From the NCBI RefSeq assembly GCF_000143415.4, contig NW_003314286.1, positions 1,897,243 through 1,960,988 of the forward strand: DNA of 63,746 bases, read 5' to 3'. A program made the translations under genes and the position numbers. Every line of letters starts with the position of its first letter. Positions within the stretch are counted from its first letter, which is position 1. Below the pieces are notes generated by a model that saw nothing but the letters and a program-made list of their open reading frames with translations, was not told the DNA's origin and ran no database searches. Below, one piece after another: positions 23,396-34,899 of this stretch. This DNA is from Selaginella moellendorffii (lineage: Eukaryota > Plantae > Lycopodiophyta).

Positions 23396-24915
23396 TTGAG
23401 TACTTGTCACAAGGGAGAACCATGCACGCGCCTTCTCTTTTTCGACGCATGTCAAATACCTCCTCACCGCACCAGGCTCAAATGAAGTGGAGGAAGGGAG
23501 CCAAGGAGCTTTATGGATGATCATATAGCTCAAAGGAAAGCACTCATACCACCCAAATTCGTGAGCTATCTCAACTCAAGCCATGCATGGTATTGTTAGG
23601 TGAATCTCTTTCAAAAGATCTGGATGAGGCTTTTCAGATTTTTCTACATTCTGTATTAGATGTGACTGACATGCTTAAGGGTTTTAATAATTAAGTTTGA
23701 AAATAGTTTTATTGTCAAGGTTCCTAATCAATAACAGAAAGACACATTATTACCTATTGAAAGTTCTTTTTATGATTTGGCAAGAATGAACTTCTCTGTC
23801 CTAGAACTTTTTCAGTTTTTAATGTTACAAACTCTTTATATCAATAATAATTACCCGGATCTTTTTTATTTTGACCAAAAGATTACTAGCCTCAAAAAGA
23901 TTATTAACCTTCAAATTTTAATGTTTTTGCCGCTTTAGTTATATTTTTTAATAATTTATTCAATAATTTTAATTACATTATTCAATAACTTTAGTTAACT
24001 AAAATGGATTACATTTTATGAATAATATTTTTAATACCACCTTTTCATTTTTCCTAAATTTATTAAATAAAAGACTAACAATTTTTTAAATCTTTTTATA
24101 TTTTGGATTGAATTTAATTAATGTGCATAAGGATTTTAATAGTTACATTGAAAATAATTTTATTATCAAAGGTTATTAATTAGTAATAATACACTATTAT
24201 GGACAGTATGTTCATTTCATAGTTTGGCAAAAAATATTTTTTTATTTGACATGTGTAATAACTCTTTAGTTTACAATTTATTCATTTATTAATATAATGA
24301 GTTTTTTATATTAACATTGTTTAATAAATAATAGAGTATATTGTTTTATTTTTGCTTACTAACTTCAAAATTTAAGTTGCATACTCATTTTTAAATGTTT
24401 TAGCTACATGTTGTTTTAATTTATTTTACCTTTTTAGTTATATTATTCAATAGCTTTAGTTAAATTGTTCAATAGTTTGAATTACATTATTTAATAAATT
24501 TAGCTACATTATTATGCACTAAATAGATTCTTTTCAAAAATAATATATTTAATACTACCTTCAGCACTTTGTTATATTATTAATAACTAGAAGATATCAC
24601 AAAATCTGAAATCCTTAATTAAGGAATAAAATTCAAGATAAAAAATTTAACTAAATTTTATGATAATTAATAAAAGACCAACAATAGTTTTCAAAAAACT
24701 GGAAATCTACTTGAAAATTTTATCTAATATAAATTTAAATAAAAATAAATGGAAATAGAAAATGCCTAAAGAGATTGTAATAATAATTTTTATAAAAATG
24801 CTTCATATAAATAAGTAAACATGAAATAGTTATAATAGTATATTAATTATTTAAAATAGAATTTCACTTGATATTTAATATTGCCACAACTTACCTAATT
24901 AGAAATACACACTCA

Positions 24916-24962
<47 letters not shown>
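24916..24962. repeat. Compound (TA)n(TG)n microsatellite
   Basis: atatatatatatatgtgtgtg...gtgtata. Confidence 0.95.
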
Positions 24963-24963
<1 letters not shown>

Positions 24964-26091
24964 ATGTGAAAATAATTTTAAAAGTATAAATAATTATATA
25001 TACTTTTTAAAAATAGTTTATATTTCTGATAGATATACCATAAATCAATACTTGATATGTATCTAGATTATTTTTAAATTTAATATCATTAAAGTAGTTT
25101 TAATTTTAATCAAATTAATATTGTAAATTTTCATATGGTTACCTTCTCCATATTTTAATACAAGCAACTTTTACATAAAAAATACTTCAGGATTATAATA
25201 TTTAATAAATTATAATTTATCTATATTATACATTAAACTATCACTTACTTTAACTATATATAATACAGCTAATTGTAGGGCTTTTTCCAATAGGCATTAC
25301 ACCTTTTAACCTAATGCTTCTAACTTCAACAGTCTATTAAATTAACTTTTAAATTTTTGGTTTGTTTAATCAAAACCTGTAGGGGTGGTAGTGAATATGC
25401 TTGGATATTCTTGGATATTCTACTATTTAACAGTTGTTTGTCATTAATTATAAACTTTCCTAAACACTTCCTCCTATAAAATTATTTTAATTTTGATTTA
25501 TAAGTTATAAACATGTTTATAATTATTGAGTAATTGGATTATTCAAAAATGCTAAATAAGAACGACATTGCTGCATGCACTTTTTATTATGATTATATGT
25601 TTTATGTCCTTAATCATTAGTTTGAGAAAGATGTGCCCATGCACACAACATTAATGATGGCAATGAGACGAGCAATTATTGTATTCTTATATCGAACAAA
25701 AGACATACTTTTCTTACCATGGTAAGCAATAAGTTCAAGCAAAATGACACTTTGAGGTCAATTTTGCAACTTACTCAAAGATTCTTCTAAAAGTAAAAAG
25801 CACAACTCAAATCTTATCAAAACTTCATCCAGCAACAGATAATTAGCCGCGGGGCTGGCTGAATTATCTGGCCCCGCGGCTAATCTTCACCATGAGCTCG
25901 TAGCAATGTCCTTCAAGATTGCGATGTTTATGGTCCACTTGTAAGATCAGCCTGCACAAGAGAGATAATGTGAGCAAAACCAGATCTTCTCCACAGACTG
26001 ATGCTCTTACCGGGACGTGCAAGATGCGAGTTCCATTCAATCCTGTGACCATGGTTTTGGCTGAACATCCAATCATCCCCGGATAGAACGG

Positions 26092-27326
26092 GGAAGGAAT
26101 CATACAAGCTGGAAAGGTGGGACTTCAAACTGGCAGGGAGTGCTTCCCACCTCAGAATCTCGGAAACTGGAACTTAAAATTAGATTCGACTGAAGCAGTA
26201 TCGGACGGAAAAAAAGCTCATCATAGAATACAAAGATATTCAAACTTACGACTTAACTCGATCTAAAATCGAAGCTAAACCAGGCAGTGCTTGCGGTGGC
26301 GCCTTCTCCTTCTCTTTCTCTTTCGAGAGAACCCGAAAATCAGTGCTGTGTCAGATTTCCAAAACTTCAGGAGCAGTGTTGGCTGGCGCAGCCACTCGAC
26401 AGTCCTACGTCAACTCGAAACACCTGGTTCCTACAAGCAGAGTTGATCCCGAAAGGAGCTTGGATCGTGTGCCCGACTACCATTCTACTCGCCCCTGTTA
26501 TCCCCGTGAGCACCTCTTCTTACAGATGCACAGACTCTCATGAGAATGCCCACACAACAGCGTCCTTTCCTCGCAAGTAGCCTGGAGCTTGCTGACCTTT
26601 TCGTCCTTGAATACAGTCCCTCGGCATTTATCTAATATGCTGCTCTATGACCCGATCTCTTTGCAGTTCTTGGCTCACCTCATCGTTGGAAGCACCGTCT
26701 TTGCTCACGGATTCTACCATCTCACGTAGGGAGTCACCGAGGGAATCCATCCGGGATGTTCTTCCTCACGTTTCTAAACGCGTCGGGTTGACGTCCCAAT
26801 CCCTGGCAGCGTTCCTTGAGAGCCTGGCCACGCCTATACCACTGAGCCCATGCCGAGAACTCGTCCAGCGGCGTAGCCAAAGTCCCCACCACCTCGTGGT
26901 TGCCATTCATGATGTGAAGATCGCCGCCGTGCCGCTGGGCCTCTCTCCAGCAAGTAGAGGACCTTGAGCTCCTGGCCGCCTCGATCCAGCACGTCCCCTA
27001 CCTGGACCACCACTGTTTTTCCCCCGATCCATCGATCATCCTCGTCCACGACGCCGGCGATGCAAAGCGATTCCCGGGTCTTGGCCAAGTCGCCGTAAAT
27101 GTCCCCTATTGCGACTGATTCCAGTGCCGCTGTCGCCGCCGTGATTTTTAGCCTCGCCAGCTGCTGGATGGAAAGAATTTGCGCTCGATTGAGCGTGCTT
27201 GTTGAGAATTTGCCCTCCAACTACGAAATCTACGAATGAATCAATGAAGACACGGCGAGACCTGGCAAGAATTTCCCTTGTTTCGGAGGGCCAGGAGGAG
27301 GTGGACACAGAACCCTAAATTTTGAA
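26092..27326 (-). pseudogene. Duplicated NPC 3' end (plus strand) followed by degenerate SLP2 copy (minus strand)
   Basis: 26092-26280 matches 20564-20790. The SLP2 motif GDIYGDLAKTRESL...VVVQVGDVLDRGGQELKVLYLLE is retained among many deletions and one internal inversion. Confidence 0.92.
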
Positions 27327-27439
27327 CAGTGGATAAGCCCTAAACCCCAATGTTATGCTCATCCAGGCTAGGGCTTGTGGGATTGTCATCCATCGCGGCG
27401 CGCGTGCCCGGGGCGAGCTGCGCCTTGAGCAGGGTGATC

Positions 27440-28587
27440 ATGGCGAACGCTTCGCCAGGTGCGTGCAGATTGATTCAGTGGCGCATTGCCGGTCGTGGAG
27501 ATTTTGATTTTGATTTTGGGATCTAGGCCGTCGTCAAGCTGAGGAGCTGATCTGTGACGACGATTCGAGCAAGGAGCATGCTGCCAAGAAGCTCAAGGCC
27601 ATTGCGCTTCCGGCGATTGACGAAGCAGCGAAGGAAGAAAACGATCAAAACGAAAACCTGGAGAAACAATGCGGAGGAGGAGGAGAAGTTCCAAATGGAA
27701 AGCCTCTGTCCAAGAATGCACAGAAGAGGCTCTTGAAGCTAGAGAAGATGGCGCAGAAGAAGAAGGACATGAAGGCCCGGGAGAAGGAGAGGAAGAAGGA
27801 GCGTAAGGAGAAAAAATCGCAGGAATGGGCAAATCTCTCCACGGAAGAGAAAGAGGCCGCAATTCAGAGGAGCAAGGAAGCCAGCCGCGTCCGTGCGGAA
27901 GAAAACAACAGGAGGAAAGAAAAACTCAACAAGGCGCTCGAGGCTGGCCAGAACCTGGTGATCGATTTCCAGTTTAGCGACCAGATGACCGACCAAGAGA
28001 TAGCAAACATGAGCCAGCAAGTAAGTTTTTCTTCGTCTAAGCTCGTTTTCATCTTTTCTTTTTTGTAGATCATGTATTGCTATGCTGCGAATGCCCGAGC
28101 TCCCGTATCCGTGCGCCTATCGCTCACGTCTCTGGGAAGAATGAAGCAATACCTCGAGAACGTACCAGGCTATCAGAACTGGAAGCTACACAGGGAGGAG
28201 ACGTCCTACATGGAAGTTTTCGCGACTAGGACACAGGATCTGGTCTATCTCACGGCAGACTCGGAAACAATACTGGAGAGCCTCGACGACTCAAAGATCT
28301 ACATCATCGGTGGAGTGGTGGATCACAACAGGCTCAAGTGTCTTACTTTGAACAAAGCCAAGGAGCAAGGAATTGCGACTGCTCGGCTGCCTATCCAGGA
28401 GAACGTGAAGCTCACAACCTCCACGGTTCGTCTCTCGCGTCCTGTTTCCATTGCTTACAGTGGTGAGATTTCTTTTCAGGTACTCACCGTCAACCAGGTG
28501 GTGGAGATCATACTCGAGTACCTGGATAGTAAGGACTGGGTGAAGGCCTTAACATCCATTATACCACAGAGAAAGGTTGCTCAGTAG
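27440..28587 (+). CDS. TRM10: tRNA (guanine-N1, G9) methyltransferase TRM10 (SPOUT family); 4 exons
   Basis: PLSKNAQKRLLK, NLVIDFQFSDQMTDQEIANMSQQ|IMYCYAAN, LVYLTADSE, YIIGGVVDHNRLK, TARLPI, VLTVNQVVEI, IPQRK. The first exon (ATG 27440) is inferred from splice sites. Confidence 0.93.
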
Positions 28588-29756
28588 TATGGTGGTGAGT
28601 TTTTGACAACTTGAAAGAAGGAGCTCTACAAAACGCTCTTTGGGAGAGATTCTTTCCGAGAATTTTTGTTCTCTCGACCTGTGAAGAAAAACCTTTCCAA
28701 TCTAAACTTTGCCTAACGTATCTGCCAAGTCAATGAACATGAAATTTATGTAATGGAACACATGATGGAGATTGTAACATTTATACTTTTTTTTACCAAA
28801 GAAGTCTTTTGACAAGTTTTAAACTGCTGAAATGTTAGTATATAAAACTTTGGTATACATATATACTATGTATGCAGATACAGCTACCTTAGTTTGATGG
28901 CTAATGTGGATTCTTATATGAAACTATTTCCAATGTATATAATTATGAGTGTTCTTTCATTGGTAAGTAGCTTTTCATGATGGTGTGTTTTTGTTTTGGG
29001 CTCCTATAGGTGTTCATGGAGGGCTCAAGTGGGGATGCAATAGATTATTACAAACCAAATACCCAGTATGACTGGAGGATCCCAAAGTACTGTGCAGTTT
29101 ACTGGGTTGCCAATCAAGCATTTTGGGACATATCATGGCAGATAAGGCAACCAAGCTTTAAGAGTTTCCTGCAAGATATGGCACTATGGTTCTGAATTTT
29201 AACACCACCTTCAAGTCTACCATCCAGTTTTTTAGATGAATTTTGGCAAAACTTTTGGTGCCATGTAGATGAGGTTACTTTTGTGGATCATATGTTGAAG
29301 TCAAAGCAATAAGGCAATTGATTTGGAGGATGAGTCAAGAATTTTCTAATGTATAAGCTGATTAAATTAAGATTGTTCTATTTTGTTTGTGGTTCTATTG
29401 GAGCTTTTGTGAACACACCCTATTATATGTTGAATCCACATGCAACTGTTTGAAATTCTAGTAACCATTGCAATTATAGAGGTCATGCACATAGGTGCAA
29501 ATATGATTGAGGAGGAGGTTGTGGGTGTGATATGGCCTAAAATGTGACAATTGCCAAATTTGGGGATAAATTATGGCTGAATGTGAGAATTGTTGTCAGG
29601 CTATTATATCTTAAGGAGATAATGGAAGTGCTTCCTATCAATGCTTTAGAAATTTAATAGATGTGTCTAAAATTCAAAGGGTTTATCCTTTGATATGCAA
29701 AGACATCAAGAGGTGTTTTATTATTTCTCAACAAGTTATAAATAATAGGAGATTTA

Positions 29757-30440
29757 TATAAAACATAAATCCCTAAGTTCCAAAGTGGAGCCAAAAAGGT
29801 GCCACATAATGGAAGTCTAACAAGCATAACATGTTTGGATCAAAAGATTCAACTTGGAAAAGTTAAGAGCGGGAGTGGAACTCCAAATAAAATGCTCAAG
29901 GAATGAGTACGAAATAATCAATGAATGAGTCTCTAAAAAGGGACATAAGAAGAATTGACACATGACAAGTGTCATGACACCTAAAAGTGTTAGGATTGAG
30001 TCCGAAAGAAGTCTGAGATGGAATTTAAAAAGTTCGAGAAGGAGTCTGAAAAAGGAGTCTAAAATGGAATTCTAGAAGGAGTTCGAGATGGAGTTTAAGA
30101 AGGAGTTTGAGATGGGGACCGAGAGTGAGACTGAGACCAAGACTGAGACTGAGTCCAAGTCTGAGGGTGAAAGCTCAAAAAGATTATCTCCCAGACCTTG
30201 AGAGGTTTGGTAAGTTCAAAAAGGATAGTAAGGGGGGGACTCTAGTGAAACCAATTTAGCTAGGAAAAGCCAGTGTGATCAAGGAAGGCTATGCCCACAT
30301 AGTGAGTGATAATATAATCACTAAGGAGTCTAAGGCTAGAGAGAACATAGATAGACAAATGAGGTAACTTGGTGAAGTGTTCAAGAATTGGCTTTAGCTC
30401 CCTTGAGAGATCAAATGATTAATGCTTCTAATCCAAACTT
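29757..30440 (-). mobile_element. Truncated, decayed family A LTR in reverse orientation
   Basis: Colinear with 60908-61660 (ccaaagtggagcc, gagatggagt array, cttggtgaagtgttcaag) with many C>T and G>A changes. Confidence 0.85.
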
Positions 30441-30479
30441 GTAAAGTAAAGCAAACCTATGGCATTATAAGTTCAAATC

Positions 30480-31628
30480 TGTAAGCAACTAAATTTTCCA
30501 TTCTACTTTAGTCACTTAACCACACCTTCAATCACTTTAAGAGGTCTCACTCACAACCTCCATAAGTTTTATTCCGGACTTGGGAACTTGCTAGCCCCAA
30601 GAATGGCATCCTTGCCACTCAACCTTTGCACTTGGTCTAAGTGCTCCATGTGTCCAATCCCATGACTGACACCCTAAGGTACCACCGACATATCAACCCG
30701 TGACGTTAAGGCCATGCCCCTTCACTTTGGTCACACTAGTGGTCTAACATCACTTGCATGACAATCCCGTCTCTCAAAGACTGAGCCATCCATCCATGAG
30801 TGATCATCCCCAATTCACTCCTTAGCATCCTTAGGATGCCTGCAAACATGGGGAATAGCCTTCCCCCATATCCCTTTTCCGGTCCTCACCAAATCCCTTT
30901 CTGTCTATGGCTATGTTCGCCAACACTGCCTTTGAATCAAGGCCCATATGCCCGACCACTGAGTCCCACGGTCCTCTGGGACTTCCTCACCTCATGACTG
31001 TATCTTTGGTCACTACACCAGAGGACTGCTTTTCTTCCTTTCCAGGGTTTGGGACTTTGGGACAACATTTTGGAACACCGTGGCCTTACGCAATCTTTGT
31101 GGGTACTCTCTCCACTTTCCACCTTTGCGTACTCTAGCCATGGGCTTAGAGCGAAGTTCTGTTGAGCTATGCCAAGAATCCAAGTAGGTAGTGCCACCCA
31201 TGCTTAGACTGGGAGCATTGACCATTAGATCTATCGGGGGAACTAGAGCTGGCTCTTGAACACTTCGCCAAGCTACCCTGCTTGTCAGTTCATATTCACT
31301 CGGGTCCATCTCGGACTCCATCTGGACTCCATCTTAGTTCCATCTCGGGTCCATTTTGGATTCCATCTCGGATTCCATCTCAGGTCCATCTAGACTCCAT
31401 CTCGGACTCCATCTTGGGTCCATCTCAGGTCCCTTTTCTAGAGACTCACTTATTGCTCGCTTTGTGCTTGTTCCTTGAGCCCTTTGTTGGGAGTTGCACT
31501 CCCGCTCTCAACCTTTCAAGTCGGAGCTTTTAGTCCAAACGTGTTACGCTTGTTTGGCTTTCGCTTTGGCCACTACCACGTAACACCCTTTCAACTCCAC
31601 TTTGGGGCTTAGGGATTTGTGTCTCACA
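30480..31628 (+). mobile_element. Solo LTR, family A, with internal deletion
   Basis: TG...CA termini (TGTAAGC...TCTCACA) flanked by the 5-bp TSD AAATC (30475-30479 and 31629-31633). Strand label is only relative to the other copies. Confidence 0.93.
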
Positions 31629-31760
31629 AAATCCCTTCTTGGACATTCCAATTAGTCAAACGTGATTTATATTTGCTTTCACAAGAAAAATTTATAAGTA
31701 AAAGATGTGAAAAATAGATTGTAAACTATAAAAATGTAAAGAAAAAAAGCATAAATCACT

Positions 31761-32563
31761 GGGAGAGGTCAATTTGCATAAGAACCAACTACCCTACCTC
31801 TCTAAAATTCAGCAAACAAAAAATCTTAAGACTAAAAAAGCCTCAAGAAAAAAGAAAAACATAACAAGAATATGGGAGAGGTTGGTTTGCACAAGAATTG
31901 ACATTTTTCACCCTCCCATTTTCACAAGAAATGCGCTATGAAATCCTTAAAATCAAGAAAAAACTTTGAAGATGTTAATTTACACAAAAACTAACATTTT
32001 TATCTCTCCTTGTTTTCTAAAATATAGAGATTTCACCCCCTGAAATAAGAAAAAAAAACAAGAAAGCTCACCTATAGGAAAAAAGAAGGTGGAGAGACGT
32101 TAGTTCACACATGAATCGATCTTTCCCACCCCTTTAATAAGGAAAAAAATTGAAATAACAGGGCGGAAATAGGCAAAAAACTAAATGAAAAACTAAATAG
32201 AATGCCAAGAGATGTTGGTTCACATGAGAATTGACATCTCCATCCCTAAAGAGAAAACAAAAGTCAAGGAAAAAAAACCTCTAATAAAAGAAAGAATGTG
32301 AGAAGACGTCGATTCATGTGTGCAAACTAACCTTCTCAAGGAAGTATACCTTAATTGAGGAGCATCTTGAAGTGCCCCTTCCTTGCTCAAACACACTTTT
32401 CTTTCGCTCTTCCTTATTTAAACCTTAGCCATAAAACCCTAAAAATCAAAAGTCATGATCAATAGTCATGATCAATAGACACAATCATTCAGTGCTTTAA
32501 ATATTAAGATATGTGTAATTGATTGTGAGACGTTTAAAAAATCACACATGAACCAACCTCTCC
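31761..32563. repeat. Array of about 7 imperfect ~32-bp palindromes separated by A-rich spacers
   Basis: Copies at ~31761, 31874, 31968, 32091, 32209, 32300 and 32525, e.g. GAGATGTtggttcacatgagaattgACATCTC. Confidence 0.8.
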
Positions 32564-33239
32564 AAGCTTGACTCTCTCTCACTTCTCACAAAAGAATGAA
32601 ACTCTTTTGAAAGGAAGAGAGTATAGAGATGAGTGGGAGAATAAGTAATTAATGCTATGATGCCTCTCGCTCATAACCCCATTCATTTTAATAGTATTAT
32701 TCCTCTCACAATCAATTATACAATTATTATAGATAGCTTTTTAAGATTCTCATGTATCTCTAGATTCTAAACGGTTATATATTTTGTTAAAATAATTAAC
32801 TTGTTCTTTGCAAGGACACAGTTAATTAAAGCTCACAATACAAAAGAATATCTTTGTTCTTTCTTGTCAATTTCTCCCCAAAATATTTTTAAGTGCTCAA
32901 GGAAGGAGAAGATATAAGAGAATTCTATTTAAAATTTGATTGAGAGCCTTTAATTGTTTTCTCTAAGAGAGCTTCCTTTGCAGAAGATTCAAGCTGAAGC
33001 CGAGATCAATTAGTTTAGAGAATGTATGTCACAATAAGGGTAATCAGATAAAAAAATTCACTCTTCTCAATGAAGTGTTGGCTTGCATGGTGGGAAGTTT
33101 GAATATTTCAATGAGGCTATTATATTTTCTATATAAGCTTTCTCTAATTTCTTTTTTGTCACATTCAAATATTACATTTTTCCTAGGATTAATCACTTGA
33201 TGACATTGCACTTACACCAACAATTAATCTCTTTGAGAG

Positions 33240-34470
33240 CAAACAATGGAGTTGGAGAGTTTCCGAAGTAGGGAAAGGAAAAATGTCCTTTTATGAAGCT
33301 ATGCTTTATGACTTCACTACATCTTTTGAGTGGTTATTTAAAGCTTTGGCTGCATAAGAAGTAAAGTTTGCTAGTATAGGTCCAAACTTAGATAGGCTTT
33401 GAGAGTGGGTTGGTAGAAGGACAACATTAATAGCAGGATCAATGTCTAAAATAATGGAGGAAGTTGTTGTTGAAGCTTCTATGGAATCAAGTTATGAACC
33501 AATTAGGGACATGAGGACAGTTTGTATAAAGTGTCAACAAACATTTTATAGGCCCAATATCACTCCTTTTAACTCTCACTATCCAGAGTTTGACTACCAT
33601 TTTATTCCACAACACTAAAGAAAAACTAAGGAATATGGAGTGGAGGAGATGCTAATTGTTACACAAGTAAATCTAATGCCATAGGTTAAGAAGGTTATTG
33701 CTCGTAAGTTAGTTTCTCATATCAATTGGGTAATTCGAAAAGTTAGCATCAAGAGTAATATGCATTGTTCTGGAATGATTGGGAGTCAAGGTCAATGTCT
33801 CGCATTTGTATGCTCAGGTTCAAGTTTTTCAGTAGTGCCATGTTTTTGGGGCTATCGAGATCTAAAGGTAAAGGGCCGCTAGTCAAGTTGGATTTACTGT
33901 TGTGGGACTAATGTTACTTATATAAACTGGATCTATAGCTCAATTATTTTGAAGTTAGATTCTATGCTAAAGAAGTGGTCAGTTGAGTGAAACTACAATC
34001 TTTTGAAAGAAGAGATTGAAAGTCTAGAGAGAGCAAGTTTCAGACTAAAGATTTCCTTAAATGTTGCTTTTGATACTGCTATACCACTAATGTCAACATT
34101 AAACTGGTATATATGATCAACTAGAAATGGGAAGGTTGTACAATATAGGTTTTCAATTTCAAAAGGTGTGTAAGAGAAGATCAAGCTAGCAAACGAGTTG
34201 AAGGGCATAATCACAAGGATAAACTACATTAATATTATGGCTAAGGAGTTTGTTGTTGCGACTGAGTCATCAAAAGGTACAAGCTACACTATCAAAATTT
34301 GTGAAAATCCATTTGATACCTATCTAGATTTTACACCAAGGGAGAACACGGGAAAAGTATATTAACTTGCAAGCATATCTATTAAATTTTTATGTAGGAA
34401 CTAAACCAAGATCCTAAGATCAACCATCATATCCACCAAACAAGCCTTACAGTTGTAGAGCTTTAGAAGT
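33240..34470 (+). mobile_element. Decayed SWIM zinc-finger gene of a DNA transposon (MULE-like)
   Basis: Relic translations GTSYTIKICENPFDTYLDF...TCKHIY (degenerate CxC...CxH SWIM) and KKWSVE*NYNLLKEEIESLERASFRL, with many stops. Confidence 0.55.
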
Positions 34471-34899
34471 TTTTTTAGATTGCTTTTAGTGTTCAGATCA
34501 TATTTATATTTGTATTTTATTGGTCAAATTTACTTGGAAATATAGATTAAATCAAAATTTGAAAGATGAAAAAGTATTAATTCAAGATGAACTAATGTTT
34601 TTCTTGTGTTTAAGAAGTCATGAGCTTATGAGCTCAAAACCTACTCAAGCTCCTTGGTGGGGACCGAAGAAGGGATATTTGGGAAAGGTGTTCCCCATGA
34701 CTCTAGGCATTTTAAAGACATTAAAATGTGGTTATAGGATGACCACTCATGGTCGGATGGCCCAGTCTTTAAAAGACGGGATTATAGTATATGTGGTTTT
34801 GGACTACTAATGAGACAAAGGTGAATGAACATGATTTTAGCATAACAAGTTGATATATTAGTGGTACTTTTGGGTGTCTATAGTGGGATTGGGCATGTA

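Noticed and set aside
31761-32563. CRISPR array
   Set aside because: Eukaryotic context, highly diverged repeats, long A-rich spacers of uneven length and no cas genes. Kept as a probable transposon subterminal array.
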